Of a stretch of DNA of 41,431 nucleotides, positions 1-9,242 are shown piece after piece; positions within the stretch are counted from its first letter, which is position 1, and each line of letters opens with the position of its first letter. This stretch comes from Ramazzottius varieornatus (taxonomy: Eukaryota > Animalia > Tardigrada). The position numbers and the translations under genes are program-made. Under the pieces are notes generated by a model that saw nothing but the letters and a program-made list of their open reading frames with translations, had not been told where the DNA came from and did no database searches. The stretch is taken from the NCBI GenBank assembly GCA_001949185.1, contig BDGG01000005.1, positions 1,061,063 through 1,102,493 on the forward strand, in the 5' to 3' direction.

Positions 1-647
1 ACGGAGTCGAATTCTGCAGGCGATTACGCAAGGTTGTACGGCTGATCCTGTATATCTTTGCTGCAGAGGCTTGACTCTGGCCGTTCTTTACCTCGTGAAT
101 AGCTGCTTCCAACGACAACTCTTGGTGCACCTGAAACGCTGTTTTCAGCTGAGAACGGACAGCCATCGTGAGAGAGAAATATCGCAGTATGAAAGACCAG
201 AAAATCTGCAGGAAATATCCTTTTGTGAAAACTGGCAATGCAGTACGGCATCACTGCACGTATCGGGAGAGCTATACGTCATGGATTCCATGCTGAGCCA
301 ATGCAACGTTCATGATCGTGCTGTAAACGCAGAAACCGACGACATGACGTGGTGTTCCTGTTTGCAAGCATTTCTGCAAAAAACGACGAACGTGCCCCCT
401 AGCGGCCTTGTCTTGATTTATTTCGCAGGCTTTTTAACATTAGCGGGATGCTCCTGACTTCCAGAGCCTATATCTCCTCATTTTATCTCGTGAATCTCTT
501 CAAACTTAATAGAAGACTCGGCAAAGTTGTCGTTACAACGTATAAACAAGCAGTGGAAGATTCGGTCCAGTGGGCATCGAGAAAAAAGCCTGACCGAATT
601 ACAGTGTGAATCTCACCCTGACATAATTATGGAGTCTTCCTCGTACG
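1..647. repeat. Left copy of a long inverted repeat (cut by the window start); partner at 40736-41382
   Basis: Position x pairs with 41383-x; ORFs 24..254(-) and 41129..41359(+) translate identically, as do 71..457(+) and the matching part of 40926..41417(-); match stops after ...GGAGTCTTCCTCGTACG at 647. Confidence 0.95.
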
Positions 648-843
648 GGTTTCTGATGAGAAACTGCAACCGTCTCATGATAAGTCATCATAAGTCTTAT
701 GTCTTGATTTTGCGCTTACAGGGATCTTATGTAAGAACGTGAGTGGCACTTGACAAAGCGAAAAATCTTGCCTTGCAGATGCAGTGGTTCCCCACTTCGT
801 GACGAGAGGATAGAGAGCTGTTACGAGGAGTGGAGGGAATCGA

Positions 844-3800
844 ATGGGCACCGTCGAACGGGAGAGGATGGCACAACAACCTGCACTGCCACATGTCACC
901 AGCTATTCCACTGTCGCTACCAGGCAAAGCACCACATCGGGATCATACCTGCCAGCAGATGATGAAGGAGTAGATGACGGGATCAAGCGCAAAGGGGTTC
1001 TGAGGAAATTGAAGGTAAGATCGGAAGTTGCCTTATATCGCAACTGATGCCATAGTGCGGATGTTTTGCAGACTGGGAAGAAAAAGTATTTCGTACTTCG
1101 GAAAGCAACGCACGATCGTCCTGCCTTGCTGGAATATTATGATCAAGTGTCAAAGTATCAGAAAGGGGAAACGCCGAAGAGGACGATCATCGTTGGGGGA
1201 TGCTTCGCTGTCAACAAGAAAGAAGATTCCGGTGACAAGAAGGATAAATATGCCATCTCGATCTACGGCAATCCAGACACCTTCAGCATCGTGGCTGCTT
1301 CTGAGCAGGAGCAGATGGACTGGCTGAGGGATTTGGTTGAACTGCAGCAGACGGGAAACCTGGAGAATGCGCAAAATTCACCAACGTCATCGATAACTTC
1401 CGACCAGCCTTACTTCGGTAACAGAATTCCAACCCTTCATCTTCATTAAGAGCGCTATACTCTTGCTTTCAGATTACGTATGGAATGTCGAGGTGGAAAA
1501 GAAGAAGGGTGCCACAATGCAGTCCAGTATTGTCGGGCCTCAGCGACTGTGTGTACAGCTCCGAGCGGAAGAGAAGAAGAATCGGTTCGTCAAGTTGTTT
1601 CCGGTTACTGCAACTAGACCTGATCAAGGTGGAAAAGACTTTCCAGTAAGGCAGGTTTCATCGATTGTATCTCGAGATTACAGTCATGTGTCAGTCTATC
1701 AAATTGGCTCTTCCTTTCTAGTTGAAAGTACTGAGGCAAGTTGGCGTCGGCGGACGGCACGACGAGATCTTCTACTTGGAAGTGGGTCGTTCGGCCGTGA
1801 CAGGCGCAGAGAGTTTCGCCATGGTTTGTGAGAGTAAACATGCCGCTGCTCAGATGCACGATGTCATTGGCGAGTAAGTGCACATCCAATATAGAAATAG
1901 GGAGGGATGAATTTTCAAGCCAGGTCTACGAATGTCTCTACGAATCTTTATTGTAGAGCGATGCGCGTCCCTGATCCGACTGACACGTCAGAGAAATCCG
2001 GAAGCGGCCACCGAACTCGAAGCAACACTGATCATCACTCAGGAAGGTCTCGAGCTTCTTCTGACGCCCGGAGAAACACCTACGAGTCCGACAAAACTCG
2101 GCACGGAACAACGACCATCCCCCAGAACGAGATGGGACACACGGGAGGTGGATCCGCACCCATCCGGACCGGAAGTGGAAGGTACCCATCGTGCGTTTCC
2201 CGTTTGCGTTCTCTGTTAATCACCATCTAACTTCGTGTAATTTTTTTCAGCACGGCAAGCAGCAGAGAACGCCTCGCTCGTTCTGAAAGGATAGAAAATT
2301 ACATTACGCCAGCATTTCAGCAATCCACCTCGGTTAACGAGACTGAGAATTACCTTCCCGTCGACTTGAACAATGCATACTTTACTTGCGATTTCCCGTA
2401 CGTGACTTTACTCAGTTTGAGTCCTTTCTCCTCTTTGCCGTTGCTGACGGAACCGATTTGTTTTTGTCAGGGGCAAACCAGAGGCTCCGCCGCCTGACCC
2501 GAATTATGCCACTCTCACTCCCGCGGATACAAAGACACCGGCCAAAGCGCCAGTGAACCCGCGTGGTCCCCCACAAACGACAGTTTCTTCTTCAGTAGAA
2601 ACGGCTCGACAACCGCTCACCCCGTCCATACCGGAAGAGCCAAGTGATTATGCCATGATGATGCCAACCAAAGAAGCTAAACCAGGTAAGTCACCTGAAT
2701 AGAATCTTAATATCGGTTTTCCAAGTGGCGCGCGTTGTCAGCCAATAACTTCGGAAACGCGCGCCACTTGGGAAACGATCTAGTCGGCTCTGTTTCCCGA
2801 GTTCCCATACGATCAAGTGTTAGCTTTTCCCTTTTGCATCAGTGGCGCCAAAAGAGCCTGTGAAGCCTGCTGCCGAAGTGCAGCAGCAGAGTGGCAACTC
2901 GTTGGAAGAGTCGGGATACTTTGAGATGAACGTGGCGTCCAAAGACGCTCACAAGCCAGTGGCAACTACACCGGTACCTGCGCCGTCAAGGAGTGTGCCA
3001 GCCGCCAAGGTGCCAATCATCGTCACGGAGAAAGCCTCACCTGCTGGTGCTCCCGCTCAATTGCCTGCCGATACTCAGAATAGTTACATGATGATGACAC
3101 CCAGTAGCGCTGCAACTACTCCCAACGCATTGATGACAGACTCCCGGAGAAGTACCATGTCGAATGCGTCGTATCAGTCGCATGGCTCGGAGAAAGAAGA
3201 ACACGCTGACACAGTCGGTAAGAACATCACAGACAAAATTCCAATTTTTTCCTCCCGCTTCACTGATCGTCCTTTCTAGTGTAGTTACCAGTTGTGAAAA
3301 TGTCAGAGATTTATAGCGATCCATTTGAGCGTGCCCTTTTCCTACGGAAAGCCTGATAAGATCGTGCTCTGCACAGACTCGACAGGTGTTTTGGTTGAAA
3401 GGGCCAGAATCATTTTCTGAACCAGCATTGCTGTTTTGCTTTTCCTTTAATGTTCTGTGACACATCTTAAGGTTGGGTAACAATTGGTGAACGTTGGTTT
3501 GTTCTCGTAGGAGAAGTTACGTACGCGGTGATGGAGCCATCGGGTAACCGTTCCCGTCGAGGTGAAACCTCTTCGCGGGAAGCATCGACATCGTCCCTAG
3601 GGTCGTCTTTCGGTTGGGATCGGTTGAGCTCAGTCGGTTCTCGAACAGATTACAAGCTGGACAAGGTGCGAGCTTTCATGGCAGTGGAAGACGAGGGAAA
3701 CATGCGCGGGTTGAGGGCGTACTCCATCGGTTGCACACCGTCCAAGCCTGTCTCTGCATTTAAAGTCCCCGAGCCGCCCGCACCGAGTATCCCCGCGGAA

Positions 3801-4160
3801 AGTGCCTTCCGTATTCGAGCATTCTCTTTGGGCAATCACTCGTTGTCCCCTAACAGAAATCCCCGACGAGTTCTACCTCATTCACCCAGTGCAGCTTTGG
3901 TGTTAAATAGCTCACCCAGCACGAGTAGTCCCAGGGAAGTTCGCCATGTCAGCGTGAGCGATACCCAACTCACTCCAGAATCGTCAGAGAGAAGTACACC
4001 AGACTTCAACAAGAACAGAAAACAGCCCGCGACGTTGACGGAAGAGAATGAAGAAAGTACCAAGATGGAACTGGATTTTCGCAAACGCTCTGGGTAAGCT
4101 TACGGTGCTTGATTCCTGGTTTACCGGCCTCCAATTTATTCTTGTTCCCGTAGGACTTAA
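844..4160 (+). CDS. IRS: Insulin receptor substrate (IRS/chico-like), multi-exon
   Basis: PH domain (KGVLRKLK/KKYFVLRK...PALLEYY...PKRTI...CFAVNK...AASEQEQMDWL), IRS-type PTB domain (VWNVEV...FYLEVGRSAVTG...AAQMHDVI), long S/P-rich tail with YxxM motifs (YAMM, YFEM, YMMM, YAVM) and RAYSIG/RAFSLG; GT-AG introns such as 1015-1071. Stop is either 4097 or, after a last intron, 4160. Confidence 0.9.
2712..2803. repeat. Palindromic dispersed repeat, copy a (inside an IRS intron)
   Basis: TTTCCAAGTGGCGCGCGTT-loop-AACGCGCGCCACTTGGGAAA; loop and right flank resemble the copy at 12223-12367. Confidence 0.8.
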
Positions 4161-4479
4161 GGGGAAAAGCTCGACAGATGTTTGATATCCCGTAGCACCG
4201 GTGAGCTCAAGAAGACTGAAGTATGATGGAATGTCTTGTAGAGATCCATGCGTCTTCGCTTGATATCCACTGATTGTTTGCACGTAATTCTAAGGCTGTT
4301 TGCGAAGGTTTGAGATTTATGCACATTACTATGATAGATGAATTTAGAAATCAATATTGCTCTTAATGAATGTGTTATGGTCATAAAAACCGCGCTCCAT
4401 GAAATTTATTAATTTTTTATCGAATTTTGCTGCCCGATCGCCGGCGACTGTACAACAACGTGACCGCCTTGTACAGTTG

Positions 4480-4683
4480 TACAGTACAACATGGATGCCG
4501 GCAGTCAAAAAGTTCGTGCCATGATCCGATAGTAGGAGGTGCACCCTTGACAATTGACAATGATTTTCTGCTTGGGGGTTCGAAATTTGTTTTGGCGAAG
4601 CTGTCTTTGGGGTGGGGTCACCTCTCCTAGGATTATGGCACGAACTTCGTATGGCAAGCGGCATCCATGGAACTTGTACTGTA
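4480..4683. repeat. Imperfect foldback of about 200 bp (MITE-like)
   Basis: TACAGTACAA/CATGGATGCCG and AAGTTCGTGCCATGATCC on the left pair with GGATTATGGCACGAACTT and CGGCATCCATG/TTGTACTGTA on the right. Confidence 0.7.
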
Positions 4684-4711
4684 GAACATGTACTGTAGAA
4701 CTTTACAAAAC

Positions 4712-5358
4712 ATGAATTTCCCCTTCAACGTGTTCGGTGGAATGGGCGGAAGCTATCCTCCATACCAACTGCCAGGACTGACCGCGGGGTTCCTCATGGG
4801 TATCCCGATGGGTTCCCCGTTTGGCTTTCCTCTTGGTCCATCGATGGGTATGCCTCTGCTGCAACCTCTTGCTCAACCGAGATTCAAAGCTAACGAGTGG
4901 CTAGCCCTTCAAGTCATAGTTGCTCTGACGGACGCGGCGGTGGTCGTGGGGGTGGTCATGGCGCTGGACGGGGTGGTGGACGTGGCGGACGTGGCGGCCG
5001 CGCACAACGACGAAATGACGTTGAACGTGGTGGACACCAGGGAAGTGGACGTAATGGTGGCAGACAACGGGGAAGCCGCCCCGGTGACTTTGGAGGAGGA
5101 TGGCCGGCGAATGACCACCAAAACTCCGATCCGCCAAGCCAGGCGAATCAGGCTTCCGTTGGCACTACCAAGTTCGGAGGACGAACCCAAGTTAGCGATG
5201 AGGACCCTCGCGACGGAGAGCAAAGACCCGGCCACGAACATCGACCAGCTCGAGCATCAAACCGGGAACGACGAAGCCAGTCGGACATGGACACAGGACA
5301 CGGACGAGTGAGCACCTGGACGAAGGCGGAGAGAACGCTCTCTCACTTCCTTGTTTAG
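4712..5358 (+). CDS. Possible low-complexity protein: G/M/P/F-rich N-terminus then an RGG-rich region in another frame (intron or frameshift unresolved)
   Basis: ORF from ATG 4712 (MNFPFNVFGGMGGSYPPYQLPG...MGIPMGSPFGFP) overlaps ORF 4897..5358 (GRGGGRGGGHGAGRGGGRGGRGGR...). Confidence 0.35.
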
Positions 5359-6167
5359 CAATCAGTTCTCTCTGCAATGGCGAGTTTTTCACCTTTTCTC
5401 TGATACCTGATCTCGAATTATAGTTTCCGTGTGTCGACCTTCTGAAGTTATTCTTGATCGCTCCCCCTTGCCAAAGCTGGTGTTACTTTTTTCTTCTGTG
5501 TTTTGTTATCCTCTGCAGTGGCGGCCATGCAAAATAATTTGCCGGCAAAGACAGATAGTGCCCGAATGTACGACTTGTCGATGAGGTGAGCCGCAGAATT
5601 GCGCCTGGTATGATGACGTAAGGGCTCTCTCTCTCTCTCTGGCGGGGGAGTACTGTAGTGAGTTGGTTGTTTGTTGGACGAATGACATCCATATGTGATT
5701 ACTGCAGTGTAGTACACGCACGACGAGATATTACGGGCCAGGCGGAAAAGACGGCAAATTTACAATTTTTATGGAAGTCAGAAACAGAAATTGGAGAAAT
5801 GACGTAACGTAGTAAACTTCAACCGTAGAAAATCGTCATGGACAGTGGCCATCAGCTGATCAGCTGTTTTACTCTAACGCTTCTATGCTGCTGTCGACTT
5901 TCTCCCGGAGGCCGGAGAAGCCTTGGATTGGTTTGAACTGTTGAAGGTATAATAGTATCATTCAATATTAAGCCGAAAAGTTCAGAGAAGAAGGTAATTT
6001 CAAATTTCTCCAAACGACGAGTCACTGATCCGGCCCTGTTTTGTCCAACGATTGGCTGTGCAATTGCCTGCACATCTGCTTCTCTACTTCTCCGGCTCGA
6101 AGGCTGGATAAGTAGACAAACAAAATTTCATTTTCGTTGCTTCTGCTGTATCAGACTCAACAATCAC

Positions 6168-7389
6168 ATGTCGATCGATCGATCGCTTCTGACCATGTCC
6201 ATCCCCTCCAGTATGATGCCGTCCCGACTTAAGAACAAGGTCAGTAGTCCAGCCGTTGGAGGAAAGGCAAAAACAGGGGCGAAAGAGAAACCTCCCAGCA
6301 ACGAACGCCGTTACGACAAGTGGAACAATTCCCCTGCTGAGAGCGCTCTAGTTGACTGGCTCGAGGATCCCGATAATCTGGATCGATGGAAGTTCACATC
6401 CAAAGACAAAGGCTCTGGAAGGAAGAATACTTCGGGGAAGACGAGAATTGCTCTGGAGAAAGAGATCACGGCATATCTTCGAGCACGAGGCTTCGAGCGA
6501 TCGCTCGCGCAGGTGACTTCCAAGCTCAAAAGCCTCGAAACGTCCTACAGAAAGACCCACGACGAGCTTGTGAGTCAAACTGGGACAGACATTGATGATT
6601 TGGATCAGCGAGCGAAGATCGATACAGTCAGAAGTAAGTTTTTCGACCGATCGGTCGGGAATTATTTTTTGCTATGGTTCCACCAGTCCCATGCCGCTTA
6701 CTGTTCGCAGAGAAATTACTAACGAAGTGTTATCTCTGGGATCGTCTTCATCCCATCAACTGTGATCGACCGTCGATGGTTCCTCCAGCTGTGATGGACA
6801 ACACTGACCCTATCGACGAGAACGAGGATGAGAACGGTCTCCCTATGGAAGAGGACGTAGAAACAGTTGACGAGGATATCGGACTGGATGAAGTAGCGGA
6901 TGACGTCATGCACCACAAAAGCACACCAGAAGTGGAGTAACCTACTCAGGGTACAGTTAACGTCACACTCACCTGTATACATTATGCTTGATTGGCTGTA
7001 ACAGCACCAGACTACACGTTGAGTTCCTGAATGCCATTTCGGCAAACCAATCAACTATAAAATGCAAGGGTGAGTGAGATGTTGATTGTACTCCTGCAGC
7101 CAGTACGCCGGGACCTTCAAAAGGCATCAAGAAGGGAAAGGCCAAGCCTCTCAGTCTTCCGGAAGTCATCCAACAACAGACGCGCGAACGACTGGCGTTT
7201 GAGAAGGACAAACTGGCTCGACAAGAGCGTAAAGAGTACCTGGAGAGAGAAGAACGTGAGAAGGATCGCTAAGGGGAACTAGCGAAAATGCGACAGATCG
7301 AAAGAAATTCTTAACTGGAAATAGAATCGTTGAAACTACGTATCGAACTTGAAAAGCTAGAAACTTCGCTTGATCAAGCGTCGGTGTAA
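6168..7389 (+). pseudogene. Harbinger accessory Myb/SANT(trihelix)-like DNA-binding protein, spliced, with two in-frame stops in the C-terminal coiled coil
   Basis: WNNSPAESALVDWL...EITAYLRARGFERSLAQVTSKLKSLETSYRK; intron 6634-6710; CYLWDRLHPINCDRPS; acidic tract; last exon has TAA at 7270 and 7312 before TAA at 7387. Confidence 0.75.
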
Positions 7390-8609
7390 AAGTACCCGTT
7401 ATTTTCTAGAACTATTCGCTTCACTTGTTCTCTTCTCTCGATCGCGTTTACGGGTCCTGTTTCACGAGTTGTTTCCGGAAATCCGTTCATGTCCTTGTCT
7501 TTTTCTTTCCCCCGGTCTGAGTCGTACAAGTCGTCCAGTAAGAAGTTATGGAGAACGACGCAAGCTCTTGTGTAGAAGATCACCTTTTTGTGCTCCTTAA
7601 CCGTACGAACAGGAAAATTCAAACTGCGTAGAGAAGGGAATCTTCCCTTTACCATCCCAATACAGTGTTCATTCACTACTCGAGCACTCGCCAGGATTTT
7701 GTTAAATTTCTCATTGTCCATCCTTTCGGCAGCAGGCTTCTTGTAACAGGGAATAATATGCTCACTAACGGCAAACCCGCTGTCAGTTAGCAGATATTCC
7801 CCCGCCTCAAAGAACGAGCGATCGCTCGATTTCAACTTGCTGTGCCGGTAGACTCTGTTATCATGGGCAGCACCACAGAAACCCGCATTGCCATGTAAGA
7901 TACGTCGTTGATCATCACACACAATCAAAGCGGAAATTCCGTACTTATTCTTGTGGCTGAAATAGGCTGACCCACCCAGCGACGGCTTCTTCGCAAGAAC
8001 GATGATTGTTCCATAAGCAAATCCGATGCAGTTAGGAAAACCAGACTGTGTAAGAATGCGCTGCTTCATCCGGGATTTTTGCTCTTTGTTCGGCCAGGGA
8101 ACATACTTCTTTTCCAGAGAGAGGATGGCCTTCAAACAACGTTCACAGTACAATTCCACACTTCCTTCGGATATTCCAAAATGTCGCGCGATCTTGCCCA
8201 CAGGTGTGCCTTCGCAGCCGAGACGGTGAAGGAAGACGACGAGCTGGTACACGGGACGAGCTTGTTGATGTCGGGAGTTGTTCTGGAATACGGGATGGCG
8301 GCTGATCAGCCGTAGCAAATTCCGGAGAGACTCCTTGGACATTCTCACTTCTTGCCGCCAGCGATCGTTCTCCAGCTTAGGTAGAACGTTATAGAAGAAG
8401 TTTTTACTCTTCGGTACCTCTGTTCGGGGCAACAGGTAGCGAGTAGCGGAGATTAGACTGAGAATGTTCCGAGGCGACGTCAGTTTCTCTGCATCTTCCG
8501 TAGGGGGTAATTCATCGTAGTCGTCACACAGCAGCGAAACAACCTCTTCGGCCACGATCAGCGTCTCGAGATCCGCCACGATACGTTGTTTCTCGTGTGA
8601 AGAGGCCAT
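7374..8609 (-). CDS. Harbinger/HARBI1-type DDE transposase (DDE_Tnp_4-like), first catalytic Asp replaced by Tyr
   Basis: WRQEVRMSKESL; HTH region IARHFGISEGSV; GFPNCIGFAYGT (family DGT), GAAHDNRV, YLLTDSGF, FNKILASARVVNEHCIGMVKGRF, ACVVLHNF. ATG at 8609. Confidence 0.9.
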   Translation of the reverse strand: MASSHEKQRIVADLETLIVAEEVVSLLCDDYDELPPTEDAEKLTSPRNILSLISATRYLLPRTEVPKSKNFFYNVLPKLENDRWRQEVRMSKESLRNLLRLISRHPVFQNNSRHQQARPVYQLVVFLHRLGCEGTPVGKIARHFGISEGSVELYCERCLKAILSLEKKYVPWPNKEQKSRMKQRILTQSGFPNCIGFAYGTIIVLAKKPSLGGSAYFSHKNKYGISALIVCDDQRRILHGNAGFCGAAHDNRVYRHSKLKSSDRSFFEAGEYLLTDSGFAVSEHIIPCYKKPAAERMDNEKFNKILASARVVNEHCIGMVKGRFPSLRSLNFPVRTVKEHKKVIFYTRACVVLHNFLLDDLYDSDRGKEKDKDMNGFPETTRETGPVNAIERREQVKRIVLENNGYFYTDA

Positions 8610-9242
8610 CCTGAGCGCAGGAGATGATTCGTAGGGGAATGCAAAGAGGAGATACTTGCGAACGATCGTTCGTCTCGAAATTAGAGTGGGGAATTGGCGG
8701 TTCGAAATTTGAACAGGAGCATTCAATTATGGGAGAAGCAGAGAAGTCCTTGATTGGATGATTTGTTTTAAGGGAGGTCTAGCTAAATTTCCAGTTTACC
8801 TGCTTCTCTGATGCGTTTGGCTTGATATTGAATCATGCTATTGAAGATCTGACTGCTATAACATTAATATGACAAGCTTTTGTTCCCCAATATCCAGCAC
8901 GCACGTACAGCAGTGCAGCCTTCGATGTGGTTTTTACTTGAAGCAAGAATCACCTGCCCGTGCCGCCGTAGCGAAAGGGCCTGGTCCGTAATTTTTATTG
9001 GCCCGTAATATCTCGTCGTGCGTGTACAGTATCAGGTTTTACCGCGGAACGGACTTGCGTATCATCGGTTTGACGGCAAGGCGGTGAATCCGTTAACTTC
9101 CACATCAGAAAATTTTATTTACCGGCGAACTCGTGTCAGAAAGATCTCCCAACTTGTTTCTCGTTCCTCTTTTTCTCGATTTCTCCTCACCATCCCTCAT
9201 AGGCTGTTGTTGTTCGCTTGAGTGTCCAAAACCCTGAAAATC

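Larger units (their letters stand above)
5954..8839. mobile_element. PIF/Harbinger-superfamily DNA transposon (two convergent genes), decaying
   Basis: Imperfect 44-bp IRs at 5954-5997 and 8796-8839 (35/44 by eye), flanked by AAT/ATT; encloses a Myb/SANT-like gene and a DDE transposase. Confidence 0.8.
5713..9026. mobile_element. TA-flanked non-autonomous TIR element (pogo/Tc1-mariner-like MITE) carrying a nested Harbinger insertion
   Basis: Perfect 26-bp TIR CACGCACGACGAGATATTACGGGCCA at 5715-5740 and 8999-9024, TA on both sides; both arms are homologous to the element at 15634-16275. Confidence 0.85.

Noticed and set aside
71-457. 128-aa ORF duplicated at both window ends
   Set aside because: Identity follows from the DNA repeat; no protein family recognised
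4560-4600. tRNA-like GGTTCGAA motif
   Set aside because: No cloverleaf or A box; lies in the loop of a foldback
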